The position numbers and the translations under genes were made by a program. A model generated the notes under the pieces. That model was given only the letters and a program-made list of their open reading frames with translations. It ran no database searches and was not told the origin of the DNA. 64,000 nt of DNA. Origin: the human T2T-CHM13v2.0 reference genome, Homo sapiens. The stretch is taken from the NCBI RefSeq assembly GCF_009914755.1, contig NC_060928.1, one strand, 5' to 3'. Shown here piece by piece: positions 12,964 to 26,169 of this stretch. Position 1 is the stretch's first letter. Every line of letters begins with the position of its first letter.

Positions 12964-13004
12964 CTGTTACCAAAGTCCAGGGACCACCACTCTCTCTCAC
13001 ATCA

Positions 13005-13074
13005 CCTGGTTCAAATTGATCTTTCTGCATTGGCCTCCCAAAGTGTTCTTAGGAGTGAGCCACCATGCCCAGCC
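13005..13074 (-). mobile_element. 5' ~75 nt of an AluJ (inverted half of split Alu)
   Basis: Reverse complement reads GGCTGGGCATGGTGGCTCAC...TTTGGGAGGCC...TTTGAACCAGG. Confidence 0.85.
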
Positions 13075-13135
13075 TCCTTTGCCAAACACTTTTAATTCCC
13101 ATTTCTTGATTTGTTTCTTTCTCTAATACACTATA

Positions 13136-13355
13136 CAGACAGTCCCCAAATCTAACAATAGTTACTTACACATGATTTTCTGAATTCATAATGATGCAAA
13201 AGCCATGTGCATTCAGTATGCTTCTCAATTTATGATGGGTTTACATCCAAATAAACCCACCTTTAAATTGAAAATGTCATAATTCAACTTATATTATTTT
13301 CCACTTACAATGGGTTTATTGGGATGTAGCCCCATCATAAGTCGAGGAGCATGTG
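13136..13355. mobile_element. Tigger3/Golem-type non-autonomous DNA transposon
   Basis: Termini CAGACAGTCCCC.../...ATAAGTCGAGGAGCATGTG flanked by TA on both sides. Confidence 0.75.
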
Positions 13356-13395
13356 TATATTTTACTTTTAAATCTTGTTTATTGTCTGTCTCTCC

Positions 13396-13646
13396 CAGGG
13401 CTTCATGTGATTTTCATGGGCCTTAGGCATATTGCTTCTATGGGACCCTTCCTCTATGTAGAAATGCTAGAATTTTTATTTGAAGACTGTATTCGTATAA
13501 AAACAATTCTAGTCCAGGCTGGATTCATTATTTTATATTCTTTTTTTCTTCTGATTTTAAATGAAGTTAAAATTAAAACAATTTTGTGGGACCCTGAAAG
13601 TATTATGGGCCCTATGCACTGTGACTAATGAGTAAATCAGCTCCTG
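13396..13646. mobile_element. MER96B-like hAT relic
   Basis: CAGGG...CCTG termini and GGGACCCTGAAAGTATTATGGGCCCTATGCACTGTG motif. Confidence 0.6.
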
Positions 13647-13647
13647 A

Positions 13648-13869
13648 GAGTTCACAACCAGCCTGGGCAACACAGCAAGACCTTGTCTCCACAAAAAATG
13701 TTTTAAAAAAATTATCCAGGTGTGGTGGTGCATGCCTATAGTCCCAGCTACTCAGGAAGCTGAGACGGGAGGGTTGCTTGAGCCTGGAGTGTCAAGCCTG
13801 CAGTGAGCTGTGATTGTGCCACTACACTGCAATCTAAGTGACAGAGTGAGAACCTGTCTCAAAAAAAGA
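13648..13869 (+). mobile_element. Remaining 3' part of the split AluJ
   Basis: Starts GAGTTCACAACCAGCCTGGGCAAC, where the minus-strand piece stops; A tail followed by TSD copy. Confidence 0.9.
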
Positions 13870-13889
13870 AAAAGTGTTAGGGGAAGGAC

Positions 13890-14770
13890 AGTTGAAGTTT
13901 CAGATAGGATATCTCAGGAGCAAGGTTTCCTGAGCAGGTGACTCCTGAGTAAAGAGCTAGAAGAGGGAGGGATATGCGGTGTTCGAAATGTAGACAGAGA
14001 TTGTTCTTGTAAGAAGGATCAGCAGGTGCTTAGGCCCTGAGGCAAGAAGGCACTTACTATGTGAATGACAGTGAGGAGGCCAGTGTGACTAGAATGTATG
14101 GACAAGGAGACAAACAAAGGGAAGAGTAGTAAGAGATGAGGTCAGAGAGTTGACTGAAGGCCAGACCACTGGGATTGTGTAAGGTTACAGGAAGAACTTT
14201 GACTTATATTTTGACCTGATTTATATTTTAAAGAGATCTCTCTAGGTATTGCATTTATTTTGAAGAGAATAAATTGAAGGAGGCACAAGCACAAGGTGAA
14301 AGACCAGTTAATAGACCACAGTAACAATCCAAGTGAGTAATAATGGTGACTTGAACCAGTGGAGTTGCAGTGGGAGTGGTGAGAAGTGGATGGATTCTGT
14401 AACTATTTTCAATGTAGTGGTAACAGTCTTTGCTGATGGGTTGAATGAGTGTTGTGAGAGAAAAGGAAGGGTCAAAGATGAATACAAGTGTTTTGGCCTG
14501 AGCAAAAGAATGGGTGGAGTTACCATTGATTGAGATGGGGGAAGACTGAGGGAGGGAGAGAGGGAGGAGGTAGGTTGGATGAGAAGAGCAAGTTCTCAAT
14601 TAAAAATGCAGATGCCCATGCTGTAAAAGCAACTGAAGATGTTCTCACTAGAAATATACTTCTGGGAGTCATCAGTTTGATCTCATTCAGTCATCAATTG
14701 AATATCATCAGGTGATGGTATTCAGTGCCTTGGGATGGGAAGAGATCACTGAGAGAGTAAGTCCAGAGAG
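13890..14770 (-). mobile_element. L2 LINE fragment
   Basis: L2 motifs GAGGAGGCCAGTGTG, CAGTAACAATCCAAGTGAG...GACTTGAACCAG, GTCAAAGATGA...TTTTGGCCTGAGCAA. Confidence 0.8.
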
Positions 14771-16871
14771 TTGCAATGTCTTTTAAATTTTTGTATGTTC
14801 AACAACTAACTCAGTACTTGACTTCCAATACCTATTACTAATTGAATGAAGATGTTTGTACTTGTCCCCCTAGGAGGAAGCTATGCACATAATTTCCAAA
14901 CTAGTTACTGAGGAAGTGTTAAGCCCCCTTGTTATATACACGTAGCTCCCTGATATTTTTCTTGGGACATTTATTTCAGTTTGCACTTCTATGTTTATCT
15001 GGATGATTATTTAAGTTATAGCTCTCCACCTAAGCCTTATGAGGGTAAAGACCATATCCTCTATTCTTCTTCCCACTGACATCCAGCACAGCGTCTAAAA
15101 TATAATGGTTAACTTGTTGAGCAAAAAAAAAAAAAAAACGGAAAATACTTTTTTATATTAAAGTCATTTTATTTGGACTTATCTATTGAATAAACTTGCT
15201 TGGACTCTTAAAGTCTACTTTTTTAAAAAAAACAAAATCTAATGGGGAAAACCACAATAACCTAAATCTTCATTTTCAACTAGTAGCATTAAGTTAATAC
15301 TCCTTCCTTATCTGCTCATCTGCCCAGACCAATCATCAATAGATAGAGAGTTCACCACATACTCTCCTTACAAAGTCTGTGTATAACCTCACACCCTTCC
15401 CAGACACTGTCTCAGTTGCCCACTACCACATCATCTGATTGGTACTCATGACAAAACTCATCTGCTATCCTTTACCTAAATCACATCAGGTGACCTCAAA
15501 TCAGCTTTATGCCCCCATTGGGCTAAATCTATAAAAATAATATCATATTTATGGATATTATAACTGCAAAGTCAACATGGCTAATTAGCACCCACATCCA
15601 GCAACTCCTTGTTGTTCCTGCCGAAAGGAAAGCCTTTGCTATCATTGGGCCAGCTGTCACTTAGTAATAGTTGGTCTATGATGCTACTGCAGCAGATGCT
15701 TCCCAGCCCTCCCTCCCCACAAATAAAACCCACTACTTAGTGAAGGGTTCTTTGGTGTCTAGCTTTTATAGTTCAGAATTTCTCTTCAGTCCTAGAATGT
15801 TATTACATTTCAAAAAAACCATTCTTTCTGAGATGTCTGTATATTTCTCTGATATCATGATTTCCTATAGCATTAGCTCTCATAAGTTTTTCACCCAAAC
15901 TAGCAAGGGTATTGCTGGTCCTTTGCAACCCCCAAACTACAGGATCCTTTCTAGCCTCCATTCATTTCAAATGATTCCAGCCCTGAGAAATCAAATAAGA
16001 AGACTAGAATTTGGATGAGAGAGTTTGAGTGCTCTACAGTGCAAGGCTTCAAGGGGTTGGGAGAATCTGATTTGAAAAGCATGTCTGGGTGGAGGATGCT
16101 AGTGGTGCTTTTGAGGTCTGCTCAAGCAAAAGATGGTATGAGGCCCCAAGTTCTGGAGCAATGTGTGCTTGCTCTTTTTGTTATTTTAATTACTACTGAT
16201 TGTGCATTTTCTTTGTGCTTAATAATTGTATAGATTTTATTATTCAATTCCTTCACAAATCCTATAATGCAGGTATTATCATTTTTCCCCATTTTACAGA
16301 TGAGGAAACTGGGCACTAAGTTATATACTTCAAAAAGTCTCATAGCTAGCAGATGGTATAACCAATATTTGAATCTGTATCTCAGAATTTGTCCACTTAA
16401 CTGTTTCCTTATTTTTGCCTCTTGGTGTTCAGTACCAAAGAGGCTTGCTACTGAAGCCATACCTTAGGGCATAAGGATTGGAAAAGACTTGAAAGATACG
16501 CAATTCCTATTTTCCTATTTTTATCTGAGGCTAGGCTTACATCCCCAGATAAAATGGGAAAGAACTGAACTGTCTTGATTACTGCTGTTTCCAATGCCTA
16601 GGCAATGTTTGGTGTACAGGTGCTAGACAAATATTAGTGGAAGGAATACATGATTTGGAATGAGAAGTTCAAAGCCATCATCACATAGTCTTTTTTCCTA
16701 GCACCAATATTTCCATAAATATTTAAAAACCTCATGAAAGTCCGTAAAGACTTTCATGACGTTTTTAAAAAGAAATGGCATTCAGTGGCTATCTGTGGTT
16801 CTCTAATGTCGTGGTGCTCAGGGTGGATCTTTGCAGAGCACACTGTCAGAGGACCCCTGTTTATCAACTTT

Positions 16872-17031
16872 TTTTTTTTTTTTAGAGACAGGGTCTTGCT
16901 CCTGTCACCCAGGCTGGAGTGCAGTTGCATGATCATAACTCACTACACACTCGAACTCCTGGGCTCAAGTGATCCTTCCGCCTAAGCTTCCCAAGTAGCT
17001 AGGACTAAAGGAGTGTGCCACCACATGTGGC
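16872..17031 (-). mobile_element. Alu right monomer (FRAM or 5'-truncated AluJ)
   Basis: Poly-T, single arm, TSD TGTTTATCAACTT / TGTTTATTAACTT. Confidence 0.85.
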
Positions 17032-17711
17032 TTGTTTATTAACTTCTTGAGTGATCCCTGTGATTTTAATTGGAAAAGTTCCCTTTGCTTTCTACTCTAA
17101 ACTTCAGCACACTACACTGATGATGCTTAAACAGCTGCTAGTTTCCACTCTAGAGGAGTCTACTTTTCAGCGATGAGCAGGAGAATGCCAACAAATAGGG
17201 CTGAAGCAGGGTTCCTGGAATAAGGTGTGAGACTCAGCTTATCCTTATGGGATGTGTCAGGTGAATCATAGGGCCGTCATGGAACTCCTTGCTCACCTAC
17301 GCTCCTGAGAGTTTAGAAGATGTCCTCCATATCATTAGTTACAGGACCTATCTGTATATAATTACTTCCTGGTTTTGACGTAGATGACCCAAATGACCAA
17401 AATCTTCTGTCATGATCAGGCCGTCTTCCAGTGTTTTAGTCAGTTTTGCTGATAGGCGATATTTAGATAAGCCTTTTAAAACCAGTCATCTTATCTAAAC
17501 TTTTAAGCTCTGTGCTACCTAAATATATGTCCAGCCCATCCCTTGTGTTAGTTTACTACTGGGCAAATATTCATAAAACAATGAAAAAGAGTTCTATATT
17601 GTACTATTGAAAACCATACTTGAAGCTAACCCCATATCCTTGATTACCCATTCCGCTGTCCTGATGGATCTCTTCCCTATCTTCCCTTTAGTTACCAGAA
17701 AAGTCCCCTAG

Positions 17712-17920
17712 AGTAATGGTTTTCAACTGGAGGGAATTTTGCCATCAGGGGACATTTGGCAATGTCTGGAGACATTTTTGGTTGCCACAACTTGGAGGAT
17801 GCTATGGGAATCAGAGACCAGAGATGCTGCTAAACATCCTTCAATACACAGGGCAGCCCCACAACAAAAATGATCCTTCTCAAAATGTCGACAGTGCTGC
17901 TGTTGAGAAACTTCACTCTA
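17712..17920. mobile_element. MER20 hAT-Charlie relic
   Basis: GGGGACATTTGGCAATGTCTGGAGACATTTTTGGTTGCCACAAC and GATGCTGCTAAACATCCT are MER20 hallmarks. Confidence 0.88.
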
Positions 17921-19131
17921 GATTATGGGGGATGTTAATATCATGGGGGATCACAATAAGGACATCTCTTGTTTACACTTATCAAATTTAATTTTATTGA
18001 CATTAAAATAATAAACCTGGTATTTATAAATAGGTAGAGGAAAACACACTGTCTTAACAGAAATGATAAAGATAAATTATAAAGCACAACTTCGTGCTAG
18101 CCACTCTATTCGGTCCTTTATGTGTATCTTCATCTCATCCTTACAATTCTATGAAAGAAGTATTGCTCTTTTCCCCGTTTTACAGGAAGGTAACTGCAGT
18201 TCATAGGTGAATAAATGTGCTTAAGTCCACATGGATACAAAGGAGTAGAGCCAGGATTTGGATCCCAGTATGACTACAAAGTCCACGTTCTTTCCCCTAT
18301 AGCTTCAGAACGATCTTTTTCCATTTGGAAGGAGAGCACAGAAATAAAATGCTCAAAAATTTCAATCTCATCTTCGATGACTTTTCTTATTTCCTTTCAA
18401 TTAATTCACTTGACCAGAAATTCCTGTTCCACAGCAAGTCAGGCAGAGCAGCCCATCCCCTGACTCATTTCCACAGTTTGCAGCCTGCTGTCTCCAGCTT
18501 GCCTCTCAAGCACAATCCTCCCATGCATGGGAAAGCTGTGGTGCACTGGAGACATCACACTGTTCTTGTGGTTTGTGGCCAAACTCCCTCACTGAGCCTC
18601 CCTTTTAACTGTTTCCTGGCTCGTTTGTGAATGATTTTGTGGCCTTTTCCCCCAGAAAATATCAAAGACTACCATTTTGATGTTCCCTGGTGAAGGCAGT
18701 GGCCTTTTTTTCAATTTTCTCATTTATCTAATATTGCTGGGATAATGTTTAGCCAAGCCCTACCCACCCCATTTCAGAATATCTGCTTAGCTAGGTCTAA
18801 ATATGTATATAAAACTTTTGAGTCACTTTAATACTGTACCATAAGGATGTATACTCTTTTACACTATTATAAATATTTCTTCTGGTTTTCTCAGTATGAG
18901 CAGCCAGGGCTAATACTTCAGGGAGATCCTTCTCTTCTCCTTAAACTGAAATCATGATTCCTGTGCTGTGGGGCCTTGAAGATGATGAAATGAAGTTCAT
19001 TAAATTATCTAGCTGTGACCTCCTAAGAACAAAAGATTGACTACTTGGCAAAACAATTTAATTGAAATCCTCATCCACATCTCAAAATAAATTTTACTAA
19101 GCTCAGTGATGTATAGAAATAAAACATTCTT

Positions 19132-19431
19132 TTTTTTTTTTTTTTTTGAGATGGAATTTCATTCTTGTTGCCCAGGCTGGAGTGCAATGGTGCAATATTG
19201 GCTCACTGAAACCTCCGCCTCCCGGGTTCAAGTCATTCTCTTGTCTCAGTCTCTCTAGTAGCTGGATTACAGGCAGATGCCATGATGCCCAGCTAATTTT
19301 TGTATTTTTAATAGAGACAGGGTTTCACCATGTTGGTCAAGGCTGGTTTCCAACTCCTGACCTCAGGTGATCCACCTGCCGAGACCCCCCCAAAGTGCTG
19401 GGATTATAGGCGTGAGCCACCACGTCTGGCC
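19132..19431 (-). mobile_element. AluS
   Basis: Full dimer, poly-T, TSD AACATTCTT. Confidence 0.93.
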
Positions 19432-19899
19432 AACATTCTTAATACTAGATGAAAATATGGGTGAGTATTCATTTTATCTCTAGATGAAGAAAGACTTTTA
19501 TGTACAAAAGCAATGAAAATATTCTCAAAGGAATAGAGCAATCAGTTGAAGAACCAAAGCATAGTAGACCTTTCTTTATAAAAATTAGAAATAAAATTAG
19601 AAGTCAGCCATGGAGGTAGAGATTGAAAGGGGGAAGGGGAGGTGTCTGGGTCTAGGATGCTGATAGTGCTGTGTTTGTTGATCTGGGTTTGATTGCATGA
19701 TAGCTACACTTCTCACTGAGCAGTACACTTATTTTATATTCATACATACCTATATAGTCAATAAAAAGTCAAAGGCAAACAGGTAAAAATATATTTCATG
19801 GGTGTGACAGATAAATGTAAAATAATAATGAAATTTTAATAATAAAAAAATTGACCATGGACAATATAAATGACTAATAAACACCAAAAGAGTTTAAAA

Positions 19900-20980
19900 T
19901 GTAATTATTTCTAAAAATAAAAGCAATGTATGCATATGATTAAAAACTCAACAATACAGAACAACAGAAGGAAAATTAAGTTTACCTCATTCTTCCTTGA
20001 CTCAGTCTTGCTCTTCTGGAAGAAATCATTATGAACAGGTTCTTCTTCATTCTTCCAGAAAATTTCTATGTATATTAATAATGGAATTATACTATGGTAA
20101 TGTTCATATTATTATCCTTCCTGAAAATGTCTATGCATATACATATATATTTAAACCAAATGAAATCATACTGTACTGCATATTCAATTACTTTTTTTTT
20201 TAGCTGAACAATGTCTTCTGAAGGTTGTTGCTTATTAGCACATGAAATTCTACCTCAATTTTTTTATGGCTTCAGATTATTTCAGTATATCATGATCTAG
20301 TTAAATATTTCTCTATTAATGCACATTTTTTAGGCTGGTTTTTGTTTTTGTTTTGTGATTACAAGCAATGTTGCAATTAAAATTTCTACATTTATCTTTG
20401 GATATTCATTTTAAAAATTGTCAGAAAAATTCTTAGAAATGGAATTGCTGAGTCAAAGGGAGTTATATGTATATAAACATACACACCTTTTGCATTTTGC
20501 AAAATATTTTTCAAATTGCTCTCCATTACAATTATTTGTCCATTAAAAAATTTTAAAAAGACAGGAAAAAATTGTTCTCTAAGGAGTTTGCTCCAAAATT
20601 TTGTTCTGCGAAAGTGCTGTCTTACCATACCTTTCCAAACATTAGTTATCTGCAATTTTATTATTTATTTACATATTTTCATTTTTTAGAGACGAGGATC
20701 TCACTCTGTCACCCAGGCTAGAGTGCAGGCTAAACTTTTTTTAAAAATTTTTTTGTAGAGACACGGTTTTGCTATATTGATCAGGTTGGTCTGAAACTCC
20801 AGGCCAAGGGCAATTCTTCTGACTTAGTCTTTTGAGTTGTTGGGATTACGGGCGTGAGCCACTGTGCCCAGCTCAATTTTATTAATCTTTGACAGTCTAA
20901 TAGGTTAAAAATGGCTTTTTATTTTAATTTGCATTTTGTAATCACATGCAAAGTTGAGCATTTATGAAGAAATATTTAAC
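19900..20980 (-). mobile_element. Ancient L1M 3' region, interrupted by an internally deleted Alu (about 20665-20873)
   Basis: AGAAATGGAATTGCTGAGTCAAAGGG and TTTTAATTTGCATTT motifs; Alu lacks most of its right arm, TSD CAATTTTATTA. Confidence 0.65.
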
Positions 20981-22429
20981 CTCAGAACTTGAGCAGAGTG
21001 AGGAGGTTGTCCATGATGGAGTGGGCTGGGGAGAGAAGAGGGAGCAGCATTGAATGGAGCCCAGCTGGGTACATCACTGACATATGGGGAGTATTTAAAG
21101 CCACAGCAGTGGATGAGAGGACCATGGTGAGAGAAAGAAGAGAGAAAAGGCTGAGGATGGAATCTGCCTTTGGTTTTAACCTGACCACAGCTTCTCTAAA
21201 ACCAAGATATCCATTTCTTTCTTATCCTCACTAGGACCTCCCATCTCACCTAATTTTCTGACAAATGACCCGCCAATAATGTTTGGGGCTATTTCACAGG
21301 TGATGGGGGTCAGTTCATAGGTTTGACTTTTGCTCTAGGAGCAAGGAATTGCTAACATTCTCCTTTCAGGTCCCTAGTGGTTTTGATTCCATTTGATTTC
21401 TGGCTCAACAGCTATGGCTTTGTAGAGAGGCCCTCACCTCTCCCCTCATACTTATCTGCATCCCTTTGAATTTTCCCAGCCTCTCAGAGCAGCTCTGCGG
21501 CTGAGAAACAAAGCTGGTGGATATTCTCACCAGTTCCACAGCCTGTTGCCAGAGGACTGCTCTAATTTGGTATCTGGCTCCAGCTCACCATCCTCTGACC
21601 TTCTTGGATTCAGCTGGGACTCTGATTTCCTTGGTTCTACATTGGCTATTGCTACCACTCTGGCTCTGAGTGGAGCTTCCTCAGTCTGCCTCTCACCCTC
21701 CTACTGCTGCCGAAGGATACATTTCTGAAAATGTGCTGCAGATGTGAATATTTTCTGCAAGTGCCTGTGGCTGACCCAGGCTACTGACGCAGTCAGCCTG
21801 CTCAGCACTGCTTCTCTGGAACAAACCCTTGACCCCTCTTCCTTTCTCTCAACTTGGACTTTCAGCCCTTTCTATCCCACTTTATCCTGAAGCTCTGCTT
21901 GGCTGGCTTAGCTGTTAATTTTTTTTTTTTTTTAATTCCATAGCTTTAACTCTTCTAAGAATTCTGTCATTGTCTCTTTTGATAATTAAGTACTCTCCAC
22001 CAATGTAGTCCCCTAGGAGGGGAGGGGTTCAGGAGAGAGGAGAAAAAAACAGAAGAGAATTAACATGAATTAAGCAAAGATTCTGGGCCAGGCACCAAAG
22101 CTAAGGAGCTTCATACGTTATCTCTTTAATCTCCTCAAAACTTTGAGAATGGATCATTGTTAGCTCATTTTACAAACAGGAAAATGAAAGATTTGAAAGG
22201 TAAGATTATTGGACTCTAATCATTCAATAGAAAGAATTGAAATTCAGCTAATATAAATGTAAAGGCTGTTCTATATTTAGTGTGTGAGGAAGCTTCATTT
22301 TCCTTAAGTTGGACGATATATTTCTATTATGGCAGACCAAAACCCCAGTGGATGCTTTGGTTTTGTTTGTTTTTGCTTCTGTAACCATGTCAGATTATAA
22401 AACTGTTTGGATTTTGTGAAGTCCCTTAA

Positions 22430-23100
22430 AACATTTTTACATGAGTGGAATCATCCTGAGAGTATTGTTTTTCAGCATTAAGCCTATTGCATTTATTGCT
22501 GGCCAATGCCATACATGTTCTTCCACATGGGCATTTGCACAGCTGCCTGTATCCACTCTGTACTCACTGCATTTGGACTTTACGGTTATCTGCATCACAA
22601 CCATTTTATTAGTTTATGCTCTGATAATTTCTTGTCTTTGGGAATTTTTTTTTAAATTTCAAAAGTTTTAAAATGGCAATATAATTTGCTAAGCAAAAAT
22701 AGCATTTTAGTATAGTTTCATTTTGGATAGGCTCTAATTATGAATGAGATTAAGCATCTTTTGACTACTACGTAAAAGCCATTTGTAGGTCCCTCTTGTG
22801 AATGACACTCATTTTCTTTGTTCATTTTTCTAGTGGATCATTGGTCTATTCTTACTGATTCACAGAAATTCTTCATATATATATTGAGGAAATTAGCGCT
22901 TGTGATAAGGGTTGCAAACATTTCTCCCAGTTTGTTGTTTGTGTTTTGAACTTTATATTTTAGGATACACAGAACTTTCAATTTTTATGTTGTCCAATTT
23001 ATCATTTTTTGAGAGTTTTATAACAGACTTAAAAAGCATTTTCCCTACTTAAAATTGTAAGGAGATCTTTTCATGTTTTCCTCTAGTATTTTTACACATT
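22430..23100 (-). mobile_element. Ancient L1M fragment
   Basis: GAGTGGAATCAT, GTTGCAAACATTTCTCCCAGTTTG, TTTATGTTGTCCAATTTATC motifs. Confidence 0.55.
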
Positions 23101-23719
23101 TCTTTTAAAACTATCATCATTTTGTCATGACTTTGTGATAGACTCTTAATGAATCTCCCTGCCTACAACTTCAGGACCGCCTGAATCCATCTTTCCCCTG
23201 GCGGCCACCATGATCTTTAGAATGCAAGTTGGATCCTTCTTACTTTCCTTTTCAAAGTAGTTCATGGTTTTCATTATCCACAGATTAAGACCAGCTCCTT
23301 AACATGGTGCACCCAATGATATGATTGTTATTATTTCTTCCCTGTTCTCTCTTACTTCTATGACTATTCACAAGATGCTCCTTTTGTCTGGAAGCTTCAG
23401 CTATATGCCATCTCAAGTTCCATCTTCCTGGAAAACCCTTGTAAATCCACCACTGTTAGGCTTAGCCATCATCTCCTTGATGAAGCCTATCCCTGACCTC
23501 TGCCCAAGGTAAGTCTTTCCTTGTCTGAGCTCCAGAACTCCGTATGTACTTCTATTGTATGTTCCTCATGTGGTGGCGTTAGCTGGTTTACTTTTCTTCT
23601 CTATCATCAGGGCAGGGCTGTGTTTTATTAATATTTGCACTCCCAGTACAGGCACAGATTTTGGAACATAGCAACAGCTCAACGGTGGTTTGCTGGAATG
23701 AATGAGGTTCCTTGTTTTG

Positions 23720-23920
23720 TTTCAGTATTATTCAAAGTAGGATTAGGAAACACTTACATCAGAATAACCTAGGGTACTTATTTTGAAAAATGGAAATTAT
23801 TGGACCCACCCTAGATACACCACATCAGACTCTCTAGGGAATGAAGCTCAGGAATCCTCATTTTTTTTACTAAACTCCATACATGATTTTTACACATACT
23901 GAAGTTCGAAAACTACTCTT
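23720..23920. mobile_element. MER5-type hAT relic
   Basis: CATCAGAATAACCTAGGG...GACCCACCCTAGA...TGAAGTTCGAAAACTACT. Confidence 0.55.
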
Positions 23921-24256
23921 ACTCCTATGCCTACAAAGGGCTTTTAAACATGACACCTTAGAATGGAGGACCATTTGGAGAGAAGTACTAGGTATTAGGG
24001 TGCAAGGGAAGTGAAATAAATTTATGGTATGTCCATAAAATGGAATATTACACATGTGTTAGAATTTATAAGCTAGGTATATTTTCTCTTATGGACGTTC
24101 TCCAAGAGCTGTTGTTAATTGAAAAAAAAAAAAGAAGGAAAAAACAGGACCATATGGTTATACATATGCTCAGAAAACCTTCTGGAAGATTACATAGAGA
24201 ACTGTTAAAAATGCTTATCCCTAGGGAGTGAGATTGGGGTGGCTGGAAAGTTGTAA

Positions 24257-24611
<355 letters not shown>

Positions 24612-24871
24612 TTCACTTTTATATTATTTAAACTTAAAGTCTTTCTTGTTGTATCACATATTAAAGCAAAAAAGTAAAAAAGTAATAAGGTAATAAGTTG
24701 CTTTTCTATATCTACTTTTACAGTGTAATAGAAGATAATAAAATTTTTATGTATCTTCAGAGTTGGCAAACAAGTAATTCAGTGAAAGAAGTTCAGGCTG
24801 TGGAAATCCAAAGACCTAGGTTTTTTAAAAAAGATTGACATGAAATTCACGTGACATAAGTGTAACCATTT

Positions 24872-25017
24872 TATTTTATTTTTATTTTTTTATTTTTTTT
24901 AGAGATGGGGGTCTTGCTATGTTGCCTAGGCTGGTGTATAGTGGCTATTTACAGGCACAGTCATAGCCTCAGCCTTCCAAGTAGCTGGTACTACAGGTGC
25001 GGCCAACATGCCTCGCT
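24872..25017 (-). mobile_element. FAM/7SL-like Alu monomer with internal deletion, inside an L1M fragment
   Basis: AGTGGCTATTTACAGGCACAGTCATAGC retains 7SL/FAM-type sequence absent from dimeric Alu; diverged TSD TAAGTGTAACCATTTTA / TAAGCTGAACCATTTTA. Confidence 0.6.
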
Positions 25018-26169
25018 AAGCTGAACCATTTTAAAGTAAGCAATTCAGTTTGTGTTGTGCAACCAACACCTTTATCTAGTTCCAAAATATTTTCATCACC
25101 AGTTTCATTATCAGCATTTTTATGGGCAGCTAATAATCTGTGTTCTGTCTCTATCCTGAGTATTCATGTGAATGAAATCATTTAATGTGACCCCTTGTGT
25201 CTGGCGTCTTTCACTTAGCATAATGTTTTCGAGGTTCATCCACATTGTAGCATGTCCCAGCACTTTATTCCTTCTTTGATGAGTTATATCTTATTGTACA
25301 GTTATAAGACTTGGTTTTGAGACCAGACTCCACTTAGTTCTTGCCTTGAGGTGGGCAAGACACTAACCTTTCTGAGCCTCAATTTCCTGAACTGTAAAAT
25401 AGGGGTGGTAACAAGAATTTGGATACCTGTATCACAAAATTGTGTGTATGAAATGGAGGACTGCACATGAAAATGCCTGCTACATGATCAGGCCAAACAG
25501 AATGTGCTGGACCCAGATCCAGACCCAGACCCACTCCCAGACCCAACCACTGGAGTGGAGCTGGAGGCAAGGGCTGCAGGCAGCAGGCCCGGCTGCAGGC
25601 TACAGAAAGAACTCTAGCTAGGAGAAAGTGAAGCGCTGAGGATGGTCATCTATGCAAATTGTCAGCAAGAGGGAAGCTTGCCAAGAGAGAAAGGCAGTGT
25701 CTCCTTGATGGCTGGAACTCAGTCTCAGGGCATCTAGGCATCCCCGAAATCTGAGATTTCTGTGAGGAAACAGTTCCTTTTGGGGCTTAGGGACTGGTCT
25801 GTTATCTCAGTGAGGACAGGCAGGAGTGGTCATCCAAGTCGGATTTCTGAATCTAAGGAAGCCGACTAGCAACAGGCATCCAGACATGAGGGAATTAAGT
25901 GGACCTCAGCAATTAGAATAGGGGTCCCAAGTCAGTCTGGCCCTAAGATTCACTTGTGCTGCATGGTTGAACTAGGGTTTACTTTCTGTCCAGCGATAAG
26001 ATTGATCCCAAAGACTCCCTCCTTAGGAGGGAAAGGGGAGCCATCAGTGGTGAGGCAAGGGCATACATGAGTGACATTTTGCAGAGATTCAAGTGATATG
26101 TGGTCATGGCTTTATTTCTGTTCCTCATAATTCTATATGTGATAGAATTGGTTCATATAACAACCTATA

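Noticed and set aside
15430-15540. ATTGG boxes and TATAAAA as a core promoter
   Set aside because: Short motifs expected by chance in AT-rich DNA; no CpG island or downstream exon evidence.
25505-25550. CCAGAC hexamer repeats
   Set aside because: Short, degenerate simple repeat with no further structure.
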